Below are positions 51,101 through 59,031 of a DNA stretch of 64,000 bases, in pieces (position 1 is the stretch's first letter; each line of letters starts with the position of its first letter). The notes below the pieces were generated by a model. The model did not search any database, was not told where the DNA came from, and worked only from the letters and a program-made list of their open reading frames with translations. The position numbers and the translations under genes are program-made. The stretch comes from Cyanobacteria bacterium P01_D01_bin.156 (lineage in GTDB: Bacteria > Cyanobacteriota > Cyanobacteriia > Phormidesmidales > Phormidesmidaceae), in assembly GCA_039024555.1 (NCBI GenBank), contig JBCCQQ010000016.1, positions 1-64,000 of the forward strand, in the 5' to 3' direction.

Positions 51101-52175
51101 AAAATACTCGACAGAGAATACCCCTATTTCACCTTTGCAAGATTTAGCTTCCCCATTAACGCATTTTCATCAGTCCATTGAAGATAATGCCTTACACAAT
51201 CCAGATAAATTTGATACTCCTAAAACGGTATCGCAAGGATTTGTAGACAATAATCCATCTGTTCAGTCTGACTTCACACGGGCAAGATCAGGGTTACCGC
51301 AAGAATCGATAGGCCAAAACTTTCCTCAGCAATCCTCTAAGCCTAATCGGACTGCAGTAGAAGCTCCAGAAACGTCTATCCAACGAGCAACGCACCAAAT
51401 AGGTCCATTGGGCAGTGTATCCTCACTCCGTCTGCCAAAAGTTCTAAGACCTTTAGGTGTCCTTAAACCACTACCGTCCTTGCAAAAGGCCACTTCAGAA
51501 CCTGCGCAATCAACCGTGGCAGAAAGGGCTCAGCCTATTGTCCACAGTTCAGATTTGCCCCCTTCTAAAATTCAGGCTAAAACTGCTCAACCCCAAGAAA
51601 ACAATGATGATATTCACCCACTCAAATCTAACAACGCAATCGCAGACATCCAGATAGAGAATTCTCTTATTCAGAAGAAACCAGAAGACCCTACCCAGAA
51701 AATTGGCCAGGACAATAGCCGGACTCCCTCTTCTGAGACATCTCACACCGCCACAATTCCTAGTGAATGGTCAAATCTAGCAGATTTGGTAAATCATTTA
51801 CACCACAATCCAAGCAATACAACATCTCAGCCTTCAAACCAATCTTTACCTCAATCTTCCTCCTCTAAGCAAAACAGTTCGCCATCCTCATCTCAGCAGG
51901 TTACTCAACCATCATCCACTCGCTCATCATCATCTGCCTTTAAGCCAACTAAGGCTCCTACGGTTACTGTTCAACGTCAAACAGTGAGTTCAAATAAGCC
52001 CACCATTATCCAAGCGTCTCAAGATTCCACAACAACTCAGGTAGGCAATGCTCCCCAGGAAGATGAGCCGAACTACAGCCAATATTTAGAGCTGTTGGCC
52101 CAGGAAGTCTATGGTCTTTTACGGCAACGGCTGTCCCTAGAGCAGGAACGACGAGGTCCAAAATACCCAAGGTAG
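45114..52175 (+). CDS. 2353-aa Ser/Thr/Gln/Pro-rich low-complexity protein with recurrent [ILV]Q[RK] motifs; candidate tape-measure or tube-lumen protein
   Basis: Uninterrupted 7-kb ORF between the tube and Afp7-like genes; about 40 QR/QK motifs; C-terminal LELLAQEVYGLLRQRLSLEQERRG. Confidence 0.75.
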   Translation: MAKSLGHTSPLGIARSLGSWVQRRSLGSIPLSILDLKTFYPQGFPVVPSDNLTTQPVETTSSENTVARQVDAAPLENAAAQKSLASAEPAVPFRNQLQHYFSSEATAPKNNVDNVSNQTRVNRSILSESVSPPTDIPAEAQTNQTSATPPQDDSRLAQENPVQATETDHSQRLAANIFPAVQNTDVGNSFQSPTVEVPAASSVQSDSSAIQRTVSDTIESFTADDISPQITNNSNHTQFLTEDSPNPTKQSNSETIESAATSDEITTSDDSHNSSKSPGGTTQFLSEENLSESLIQPKSKPVQRTPSDNIQLSATDSVSLSSTDKLNPVQSLTESPQRGSVDQSEHETIQRTISPQKRTTESSQQPFTHTAKGNQSLQKSSQSELITQSDGNKHILSQTPADKPQLDSFSSSNDNSSHSSVANSSQSSVSEIAQSIHNLQPPSHQPNPLQRVTSNSSSPPTPGTAPSNTLPPIGPTLTDINQSIQSLRNPTLQRATDLPHSSSTENQAPSSNTQATTSVSKEQLSHHTAPANSTDVEQSAIQRTQDSLESSPPETVYPASSADKSLPDQQSYLQKQTLSEAPSIEQTQSVNVEFTTLQRTSDRSKSGTIESSPALPTNETHPSFMSDASGDIFPDVGNIQRHTSDDRRISVQQSTASDTSDVLQTTSANLEQKNINNRPFLSNAISSESVQRSLTESGTSQNSTTSVDEAYPSTQNPARQSVSTESSAVARTIEANTQIQKSENHSAQSSADSKLGLHQGSSSSESKTDSLDSIQGTIASIETASNTDAVRLQRQVFEQSVPEDTPELYRAGDQFTSETASEDTFQKANVSSSEAPANSIQRSEDAQSTPSSSFSTSQEITTDKATSVQRTTQSELNPIPDTEKSATAPSFTQHDIDQGTNQPLTSPNDWRGTDTSAEQVTPQTHQSKPVIQRQSGDTHSDTSLPTQNSSLEIPNTLRTDSQSIANASELSTQQTDVTVQQASNTAEVSQAHAKDALEGSAIASTFHQQSSPTQLQRSISIDNSQPTEIPVTQNKEHRLSNLEPLSTSAHQTVVQQSIETIAHEIKDLPVQKQPVSSVEDSEIAPSPPHLIEASTEAISEIQRSPQPANLGKIFGDISPVEISSDRQISSLDSQVNYNPVHNSAELVQRATEEHTVSTEDIHIPHQTFPHSDERSQETATNLPAQSSPSDFGNADVIHRELESPESISHSHSQPDSAQPVTVNPVDGYISQSQALSQDVTLQRSLNENTISAVESESFNALTVSNQNLSKTTTGQISIQRSIEQTNTVEPDSFESLTELDQNPSSTIADQTSLQRNPEHISTVESDSFTSLTLPDQNSSNTTAGQTSIQRSPEDINTAVAAETISTSEAFSPLPDQTATSPAQPVSSSLQRSVDSATAASTNREASNALSQDTFSGELDASNVLSVDDVTSNTIQRSTNGSVESQQKLLSTDNSLLDSPVLGQTSASPDLHQPVAKAHDITTDAIQRSINTPIDSQQQQPSTLTTTADSKHSPELRQSENSQNLPNTVDLAHTLQRQADSSTEISSHPSDVKPTITDDKQTDAQIDSPKLTDRQGAHPSHGQEIAIQREPSDSIDGVVGHMLQDSSIQFEDLDGSVTSIEPNQPITSVVPNTLENTSDTQVQRSLSPQQTNTKIQPSESSISQSTEVADLSQGSSTDAPNPSKVQRSLTEPGRQDIDISAQEIAKSPSTASQTISSETADVSNFPPLSEVLSASSSIEQPMQDEATTHPWSAYQTDSTHISHSQPGQDTVQRASDRNSPISNNPSPSEPLRSHSPQTAQPRTENSTDISQQPSIEANTLQRTSTPGNRLNNRLEPTPVQNIPFQETQTTEPISVSESALEPPNTVQFEHEPSVQGEINPAQTNYSQPSGSRIQRSAEGLNANKPPFMQSSSHENQLTSEVQSSADLNPTQGNSLQKSSTSDAIDSQESMERYPSIQWDADSIEQTLDTQDTTIANSPQQLSDSSRFSEDTSKISIQKYSTENTPISPLQDLASPLTHFHQSIEDNALHNPDKFDTPKTVSQGFVDNNPSVQSDFTRARSGLPQESIGQNFPQQSSKPNRTAVEAPETSIQRATHQIGPLGSVSSLRLPKVLRPLGVLKPLPSLQKATSEPAQSTVAERAQPIVHSSDLPPSKIQAKTAQPQENNDDIHPLKSNNAIADIQIENSLIQKKPEDPTQKIGQDNSRTPSSETSHTATIPSEWSNLADLVNHLHHNPSNTTSQPSNQSLPQSSSSKQNSSPSSSQQVTQPSSTRSSSSAFKPTKAPTVTVQRQTVSSNKPTIIQASQDSTTTQVGNAPQEDEPNYSQYLELLAQEVYGLLRQRLSLEQERRGPKYPR
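48870..49165 (+). repeat. Three 105-bp (35-aa) tandem units inside the giant gene
   Basis: GTAGA..C.GA.TCCTTT...CAAAA...CAGA.TTC...CAAAG units start at 48870, 48975 and 49080. Confidence 0.75.
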
Positions 52176-52230
52176 CTATTGGTATGCTTCCAATTTAAAC
52201 CATCTTTGTAGCCGTACATTTATTTGAACC

Positions 52231-52716
52231 ATGAGCCAATTTGTTAAAGCTAAACTCATTGCCCAAGGTGGTGGCAACAATATCGAGTTTATGTTCAATC
52301 CAACCCAGCTGAGCTTTACTCGAAATATGAACCTAAACTCCAGTGGAGGAGCCCGCACAGATGAGGGCATTCCCAAGATAAGTTTTGGCTCACCAGATCC
52401 CTTAAATATTACGCTGAATGGGCTAATATTTGACACCTATGAAACCGGTGAGAATGTCCTGGATAAACATATCGAGAATTTTCGCCAGTCCGTTGAATTT
52501 CTCGATGGGTCAGAACGTCCTCCCATGTATATTTTTACGTGGGGGAAACAAGAATATTTACGCTGCTTTGTTCAGACCCTTACCTACACCCTCAATATGT
52601 TTCTGCCCGATGGAACTCCAGTAAGAGCTTCCGTGGATGTCACCCTGCAAGAAATTGGTGAAACCAGCGGTTCCGGAAATACAGGTACCCCCAGCCGTGG
52701 CAGTAGCCGACGATAA
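52231..52716 (+). CDS. CIS tube/baseplate hub protein (Afp7-like, no LysM)
   Basis: IEFMFNPTQL, LIFDTYE, RPP..IFTWG, MF.PDGTPVRA.V.VTL.E. Confidence 0.88.
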   Translation: MSQFVKAKLIAQGGGNNIEFMFNPTQLSFTRNMNLNSSGGARTDEGIPKISFGSPDPLNITLNGLIFDTYETGENVLDKHIENFRQSVEFLDGSERPPMYIFTWGKQEYLRCFVQTLTYTLNMFLPDGTPVRASVDVTLQEIGETSGSGNTGTPSRGSSRR

Positions 52717-52720
52717 GCGA

Positions 52721-52754
52721 GTAAAAATACGGTAAACGCGTAAAAATACGGTAA
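52721..52754. promoter_or_regulatory. Tandem 15-bp repeat containing a GTA-N4-TAC palindrome upstream of vgrG
   Basis: GTAAAAATACGGTAA at 52721 and 52740. Confidence 0.4.
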
Positions 52755-52835
52755 GAAGATTCTTGTTGACTGACATAAACCGGTAATTGCCGTCATGTGC
52801 GCTGGTCTAGCCAACCCTTAAAATCAAGTTTCATT

Positions 52836-52884
52836 GCTGTTGCTGACATTTATAGATGATCCTGCATCAAAAATCAGCAACGCT
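52836..52884 (+). mobile_element. 49-bp degenerate MITE-family copy upstream of vgrG
   Basis: GCTGTTGCTGA ... ATCAGCAACGCT; no TSD. Confidence 0.6.
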
Positions 52885-52913
52885 ACTTAATAGCGGAAAA
52901 AGCTAGTATCCCC

Positions 52914-54923
52914 ATGGCTGCCACTAAGTTTGTTGCGACGCCTACACTCAAGATCGATGGTCAGGCTGCCTCCAGTGAACTGATGGAGGATATTCTACAA
53001 ATTGTGGTGGAAGAGAGCCTGCATCTGCCAGGGATGTTTACCCTATCGATTCAAAACGACTACTTTGCGGGTGAGGAAAACTACAAGGTTTGGAAACACG
53101 AAAAGCTGTTTGAAATCGGCAAAACCATAGAGATTGGGTTTTCCGCCAGCACCACCGATTCTGATGAATTTGACGAAGAGAACAAAGGCAATGTGATCAA
53201 GGGAGAGATCACCGCCATTGAAACTCACTTTACCAGTGAGGCCCAGGCCCCTATCATTGTGCGCGGCTATGATGCCTCCCATCGACTACACCGAGGCCGC
53301 CACAGCCGTTCATTTCAGAATAAAACCGATGCCGATATTGTCAAAGCCATTGTCGCTGAGGTCGGAATTTCTGTTGGTACGGTAGATGCTACCGGAGGTC
53401 CCTATGGCTATGGGGACATTGGCGGGGCCAGCGGCTATGTGTTTCAGCAAAACCAAACCAACATGGAATTTTTGCGTGAACGAGCCGCTCGTCATGGGTT
53501 TGAACTGTATGTGCAGGACGGTAAACTCAATTTTCGTAAACCGACAAAAGATAGCACCCTCTCTCTGGAATGGTTAGAGGATATCCACAGCTTTCGTGTG
53601 CGGGTGAGCAGTGCCGACCAGGTAAAAAGTGTAGAAGTGCGGGGCTGGGACTATAGCCGCAAAGAGGTGATTGCTGAAACAATCAGCAAAGCGAAACAGG
53701 TTTTAACCGATACAGATAATGGCGAAGGTAGTAAAACCGTCAGTGTTTTTAATGGTAAGCCCACCACACCCACCCTAGTCATGGTGGACCAGCCCATATC
53801 CCAGGCTCAAGAAGCTAAAGCCATGGCCCAGGCTCTCTACGATGAAGTGGGGGGAGAGTTTGTACAGGCTGATGCCCGAGGTGAAGGAGACCCCTCCATT
53901 CGTCCTGGACGGGTGGTCAAACTTACGGGTATGGGCAAGTATAGCGGTAGCTACTATGTTACTGAGACTCGCCATGTGCTCCATGAGCGCATTTATAGAA
54001 CAGAATTTAGCGTACGGGGACTGCGCGGTGGAGATTTACTACAGACGCTGGAAACCAAAAATACTCTGCAGCCTGGACAAACCCTTATGATCGGCATTGT
54101 GGCCGACAATAAAGATCCCAAAGGATGGGGACGGGTACGGGTCAAACTACCCACCCTGACGGAAGAGCACATGAGCAACTGGGCTAGGGTTGTATCCATA
54201 GGGGCAGGCCCTGCCCGTGGCTTAGACTGGCTACCGGAAATTAACGATGAGGTACTGGTGGCCTTTGAACATGGGGACATCCACCGACCCTATATTCTCG
54301 GGGGTGTTTGGAATGGTAAGGATGCTCCACCGGAAAAAACTGAAGAGACCATTGTCAATGGTAAGGTCCGTCTGAGAACCCTAAAAACAAGGCTGGGACA
54401 TACCCTACAGTTTGTGGAAGAAGACAAGGGTGACAGTAAAAAGGGCGTGTATTTAACCACCGTCGATAAACATCAGCTCCATTTAAATGACACGGATAAG
54501 TATGTCGATCTCAAAACCAAAGATGGCCACCAGCTCAAGTTTGACGACAAAAATAAAAAGATAGAGCTAAAAACCAAAGGTGGCCATCAAATTGCCATGG
54601 ACGATAGTGGCAAAAAAGTCGATATTGTTTCCACCGGTAGCCTCAATGCTAAGTCGGGTAAGACTGGCAAAAGTGAAAAGATCACTATTAACGGTGGCGA
54701 GATTACGCTCACAGGGGCTACAAAAATCACTTTGAAAGTGGGTAGTAACAAAGTAGAGATTAGCAACACGGGGGTCAATATTTCAGGCACCCAGGTCAAT
54801 GTCAAAGCCAGTGCAACGGCAAAAGTAGAAGGGGCAATGGTAGATGTCAAGGGCAGTGGCACCGTAAATGTACAGTCTTCAGGCATGACCAAGGTAGCTG
54901 GGAGTCTGTTGAAGCTTAACTAG
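52914..54923 (+). CDS. vgrG: VgrG-like spike (gp27-gp5 fusion, Afp8-like)
   Basis: Q.NQTNMEFLRERA, VRGWD, DPKGWGRVRVKLP..SNWARV..G....LPEINDEVLVAFEHGD..PYILGG; C-terminal beta-helix. Confidence 0.95.
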   Translation: MAATKFVATPTLKIDGQAASSELMEDILQIVVEESLHLPGMFTLSIQNDYFAGEENYKVWKHEKLFEIGKTIEIGFSASTTDSDEFDEENKGNVIKGEITAIETHFTSEAQAPIIVRGYDASHRLHRGRHSRSFQNKTDADIVKAIVAEVGISVGTVDATGGPYGYGDIGGASGYVFQQNQTNMEFLRERAARHGFELYVQDGKLNFRKPTKDSTLSLEWLEDIHSFRVRVSSADQVKSVEVRGWDYSRKEVIAETISKAKQVLTDTDNGEGSKTVSVFNGKPTTPTLVMVDQPISQAQEAKAMAQALYDEVGGEFVQADARGEGDPSIRPGRVVKLTGMGKYSGSYYVTETRHVLHERIYRTEFSVRGLRGGDLLQTLETKNTLQPGQTLMIGIVADNKDPKGWGRVRVKLPTLTEEHMSNWARVVSIGAGPARGLDWLPEINDEVLVAFEHGDIHRPYILGGVWNGKDAPPEKTEETIVNGKVRLRTLKTRLGHTLQFVEEDKGDSKKGVYLTTVDKHQLHLNDTDKYVDLKTKDGHQLKFDDKNKKIELKTKGGHQIAMDDSGKKVDIVSTGSLNAKSGKTGKSEKITINGGEITLTGATKITLKVGSNKVEISNTGVNISGTQVNVKASATAKVEGAMVDVKGSGTVNVQSSGMTKVAGSLLKLN

Positions 54924-54951
54924 GTCTAAAAAATAAACTGGAGGTAAACAA

Positions 54952-55344
54952 ATGGGAATGCAAGTGGTGGCAGGGGCTATGCTCAAATGTCCCTTTGGGG
55001 TGGCACCGAGTGTGTTGAGTGTTTTACCCAAGGGTCCACCAGTGATGGCCTGCGGCCCTTTAGCTGCCACCATTATGGACTACGCACCCATGGTAAATAT
55101 CCTTCCCTTTGGCATGTGCAGTTCTCTGGCAAATCCTACCGTTGCCAGTGCTACGGCTGCAGCTTTGGGGGTACTCACTCCCATGCCCTGTGTCCCGGTA
55201 ATTCCAGCACCGTGGGCACCGGGCTCACCCACGGTGCATATTAATAACTTTCCTGCCCTCAACAACAGTTCAAAATGCATGTGTACCTGGGGCGGAGTTA
55301 TTTCCATCGTAAATCCAGGACAGTATACGGTGCAGATCCCCTAA
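54952..55344 (+). CDS. DUF4280 (PAAR-like) spike tip protein
   Basis: V.GA.LKCPFG..PS, NILPFGMC.S.ANP, PCVP...W, CMCTWGGVI. Confidence 0.92.
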   Translation: MGMQVVAGAMLKCPFGVAPSVLSVLPKGPPVMACGPLAATIMDYAPMVNILPFGMCSSLANPTVASATAAALGVLTPMPCVPVIPAPWAPGSPTVHINNFPALNNSSKCMCTWGGVISIVNPGQYTVQIP

Positions 55345-55570
55345 TGTTTCTCTAGAACAGGTTAGAGAACAGTGAATTCACGGATGTAAACTATCTATGC
55401 GGGTACTTTTACGTATGCTTCCAACCCCATGGTTGGCCAAATATTGTTACCGATGGTGAATATCTCGTAGATTGTATCAATTCCAATCCGGGCATTCTCA
55501 GAGAGCGTTGTTGCTAATGTAATGGAAACAGCCCAAAAACAATCGTTCCTGAAATCGCCATGTGTACGCA

Positions 55571-56398
55571 ATGTCAGACTCTTTTCCCAAAACTCCTTCC
55601 CAGCAATTAAGGCTTCTAGGCATTTTGGGTGGGTTAGGTCCCTTAGCCCATATTGAGTTCGAACAGCGCTTACTACAGCATAGTGTCCGGCGAGGAGCGC
55701 AGTGCGATCAGGACCATCCTAACTGGGTTGTTCTCAGTGCTGCATCAACGCCAGATCGAACTAAAAGTCTCATGGGAACTGGGCCAGACTGTGTCCCCTA
55801 CTTGGTAGACAGTGCCTGCCAGCTAAAAGCCATGGGAGCTGACTTTTTGGTCGTCACCTGTAATACCGCCCACAGTTTTTACCATACGGTACAAAATCAG
55901 TTGGATATTCCCTGGCTGCATATGATGAATGCCACCGTGAAATACATTGCTGAGAGCTTTCCGACCGTGCGACAGGTGGGCATTTTGGCAACAGATGGAA
56001 CATTGCGATCGCAGCTTTATACCACCAGTCTTGCCCAGTATGGCATCTCCCCCATTTTGCCAACCCTGGGTTCGTCCATTCAACAACGAGTAATGGAGTC
56101 GATTTATTCTCCCAACTGGGGTATCAAAGCCACCGGCACCTGGGTTTCAGATATTGCCCTAATCGAGCTGATTGTGGCCTCACGCTGGCTAGCGGAACAA
56201 GGGGCGGAGCTGATAATTGCTGGTTGTACCGAACTCTCTATCGGCCTGGCCCGCCTGAGTCAATTGCCTATCAATTGGATCGATCCCCTAGATGTGATGG
56301 CAAATCTTGCCCTTGACCTTATCTATGGCGTTGCACCTACCCACTGTGAGCGATTATCTCCCCTGATGAATACTTTTAGCAGCAGTACGTCCGGTTGA
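55571..56398 (+). CDS. Aspartate/glutamate racemase family protein
   Basis: GILGGLGP, PDRT, CNTAH and GCTE catalytic cysteine motifs. Confidence 0.92.
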   Translation: MSDSFPKTPSQQLRLLGILGGLGPLAHIEFEQRLLQHSVRRGAQCDQDHPNWVVLSAASTPDRTKSLMGTGPDCVPYLVDSACQLKAMGADFLVVTCNTAHSFYHTVQNQLDIPWLHMMNATVKYIAESFPTVRQVGILATDGTLRSQLYTTSLAQYGISPILPTLGSSIQQRVMESIYSPNWGIKATGTWVSDIALIELIVASRWLAEQGAELIIAGCTELSIGLARLSQLPINWIDPLDVMANLALDLIYGVAPTHCERLSPLMNTFSSSTSG

Positions 56399-56481
56399 AA
56401 ATTCAGCAACGGCATACTGCCTAGAACTTTGAGAAATATCTGTTATCCCAACTCACCTGCAAGACGTTATAAAAATCTCCC

Positions 56482-57564
56482 ATGATTCACATACCGTTAC
56501 CACGTCCACCCCACTGGCTATCCCGGCTTTTTCTCGTAGCTGCGCTGGTTCTCAGTTTTAGTATTTTATGTGACCAGCCTGCTCTAGCTAGTCCCCTACG
56601 GTTTGGCAATGAAGGGGCCGCCGTTGAACAGCTTCAGACCCAATTGCAGTCCCTTGGCTATCTAGAGTCGGACGTTAATGGTCTCTACGATGAACTTACC
56701 CGCCAGGCTATCCAGGCTTTTCAGAAAGATCTTGGTTTACCCGCTGATGGTGTTGCAGGTGCCAAAACCCAACGCCAGCTAGCCGAAAAAGTGACCGACA
56801 GTCCCCGCAGTGCCATGCCCCCCGACATTCAGCGCATTCTTGACCGTGGCAAGCTGATTGTTGCCCTGCTGGGTACCGATAACTCACCCTTCTTTATGGA
56901 AGACGCCAACCACCACTCCACCGTTGGCCTTGATATAAAAATTGCCCAGGGGCTGGCCGAAGCCCTGGATGTGGATTTGGAATTTAATCGCTCGGCAGAA
57001 ACCTTTAACGAGGTGGTAGATAAGGTCTATCAGCTAGAGGCCGATATCGCCATTTCTAAACTGAGTCGCACCCTCAGCCGTGCCCAGCGGGTGCGATTCT
57101 CTCGTCCCTATGTCACCATGCGCCAAGGGTTATTAGTCAACCGATTACAGATCGCAGAACAAAGCGACGGTAATCAGGTGATTGAGGCAATTCGTAACTT
57201 CAATGGCGATGTGGGCGTTATTCAGGGGTCGTCCTACGGAGGCTTTATCAAGCAAAAGTTTCCCAAAGCAACTATCAAGGAATACCCCACCTGGGATGAC
57301 ATTGTGGATGCCGTGATTCAGGGTAAAATCCAGGCCGCCTATCGAGATGAACTAGAAGTAAAAAAGGTGATTCTCAAAAATCCAGATGCGGCCCTGAGAT
57401 TACAAACCATTGCCCTTACCGATACCCAAGACCAAATTGCCATGGCGCTACCTTGGGACAGTCAAAATTTGCAGGCTTTGGTGAATCAGTATTTAGACAC
57501 CTTTAGCCTGAACTATACCGCTGATGATGTGCTGGATGAGTACGCAGACTATCTGCAGGAGTAA
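56482..57564 (+). CDS. Secreted peptidoglycan-binding domain + family-3 substrate-binding protein
   Basis: Signal peptide; LRFG..G.AV..LQ..L..LGY..G.YD..T..AI..FQ...GL.ADGVAG.KT; then RILDRGKL, G.DI.IA..LA, DIAIS.LS.T..R...VRFS.PY. Confidence 0.88.
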   Translation: MIHIPLPRPPHWLSRLFLVAALVLSFSILCDQPALASPLRFGNEGAAVEQLQTQLQSLGYLESDVNGLYDELTRQAIQAFQKDLGLPADGVAGAKTQRQLAEKVTDSPRSAMPPDIQRILDRGKLIVALLGTDNSPFFMEDANHHSTVGLDIKIAQGLAEALDVDLEFNRSAETFNEVVDKVYQLEADIAISKLSRTLSRAQRVRFSRPYVTMRQGLLVNRLQIAEQSDGNQVIEAIRNFNGDVGVIQGSSYGGFIKQKFPKATIKEYPTWDDIVDAVIQGKIQAAYRDELEVKKVILKNPDAALRLQTIALTDTQDQIAMALPWDSQNLQALVNQYLDTFSLNYTADDVLDEYADYLQE

Positions 57565-57569
57565 CAAGT

Positions 57570-58895
57570 ATGACCATTAATCCGACTACAAAACAACCCC
57601 GGCTAGGACTTGGTGCTCCATCTATCAAATGGCTGCGCAGCCCTTGGGCAATTTTGATCAGCGTTGTTCTCGCTGTCTACATGGGAACGGCCCATAAGGA
57701 AACGGCTGTACTGCTGGCCCCCCTGGGAGACTTTTATCTAGGGCTGCTTAAAATGTGCGTTTTGCCCATTCTGTTAGCCGCCATTACCACAAGTATTGGT
57801 CGTCTGATGGGTAGTAAAGACGCAGCGCTTTACGTTAAACGGATCTTGGTGGTCTTTCCTCTAAGTCTGTTAGCCGCTAGTGGTTTAACGGCTCTGATTG
57901 CTGCCATTGCTGGGCCGGGGCGCAATCTATCGGCCCAAACCTTAGAGTCTTTGGGGGTGCTGGTTAACGACTCGGGTATTGATCTCGAAATGGCGTTGAC
58001 GGGTCCCCTACCGGAGGAAGCAAAGCGGGGCATTGGTACATTTTTAATTAGTCTGGTTCCTGACAATATTTTTTATGCCCTAAGTCAGGGAGAAACTCTT
58101 AAGGTACTCATTTTCTCGATTATTGTTGGTATTTCACTGGGGTTAGTTCGCGATCGCGTCACTGAACCTTGCTTCGAGATTTTAGAAGCCATTTACCGCA
58201 CCTTTAATCAGCTAATCGATTGGCTGACCGTCGTTCTACCCATTGGTCTGTTTAGCCTATTGGCCTATCAGCTTTCTCAGCAGGGTGTGGACGTCATGCT
58301 ATCGATGATTAACTTTGTCCTGGCTGCCCTAATCACATTTTTTATCATTTATGTGATCTGTACATTAGTGGTTTGGCAACAGTCTAAAGTCTCCCTACTC
58401 AAAGTTTTAGCAGCATTACGAGAGCCGACAATTTTAGCTTTAGCCACTTCCAGTAGTTTAGCCTGTCTCCCCTCATCCATCGCCCAGCTAAGTGAGGCCC
58501 TAAAGTTTAATCGCCAAACGGTCAATCTCGTTACGCCCCTATCCATTACCCTGTGTCGATTTGGTTCTGTTATCTACTTTGCCTTGGGCTCCGTATTTGT
58601 CATGCAGCTATACGATAAGCCCATTAGTCTGGGAAGTATTCTAATTGTGGTGGTGGGCTCCATTTTTGCAGGGATGGCCACTGCTGGGGTTACTGGAATT
58701 CTCACATTAGCCATGTTAGGAATTGTTCTAGAACCTTTGCAGCTACCCTTAGAAGCTGTTCTAGTGTTGTTTGTTGCTATTGATCCCATTATGGATCCAT
58801 TTCGTACCCTCGGGATTGTTCACACCGGCATTGCAGCGACTGCCGTAATTGCGGATAAGTCCACTGGCAATACAATCATAACCAATCTCAACTAA
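57570..58895 (+). CDS. DAACS (dicarboxylate/amino acid:cation symporter, GltP family)
   Basis: LLKMCVLP, VPDNIF, ATSSSLACLP, GMATAGVTG, IDPIMDPFRT. Confidence 0.92.
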   Translation: MTINPTTKQPRLGLGAPSIKWLRSPWAILISVVLAVYMGTAHKETAVLLAPLGDFYLGLLKMCVLPILLAAITTSIGRLMGSKDAALYVKRILVVFPLSLLAASGLTALIAAIAGPGRNLSAQTLESLGVLVNDSGIDLEMALTGPLPEEAKRGIGTFLISLVPDNIFYALSQGETLKVLIFSIIVGISLGLVRDRVTEPCFEILEAIYRTFNQLIDWLTVVLPIGLFSLLAYQLSQQGVDVMLSMINFVLAALITFFIIYVICTLVVWQQSKVSLLKVLAALREPTILALATSSSLACLPSSIAQLSEALKFNRQTVNLVTPLSITLCRFGSVIYFALGSVFVMQLYDKPISLGSILIVVVGSIFAGMATAGVTGILTLAMLGIVLEPLQLPLEAVLVLFVAIDPIMDPFRTLGIVHTGIAATAVIADKSTGNTIITNLN

Positions 58896-59031
58896 ACAGC
58901 TTGTTGGTTATTCTGATCGGTTCATATGCAAAATCGATAGCTGCAAGTAACCTGCTATTAACTTAACGGATGCGTTGTTCCAGCGTTTCTCTTCTAAACT
59001 AAGGGAAGAAATGCTGGAATAGTTAGGTGCA

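Noticed and set aside
46531..51746. Short alternative-frame and antisense ORFs inside the giant gene (and similar ones inside other long CDSs)
   Set aside because: No recognisable motifs; shadow ORFs of real genes
11714..55344. Prophage or type VI secretion system
   Set aside because: No capsid, portal, terminase or integrase, and no TssJLM/TssK/ClpV; the gene set (DUF4255, AAA ATPase, gp19 tubes, single sheath) fits a CIS
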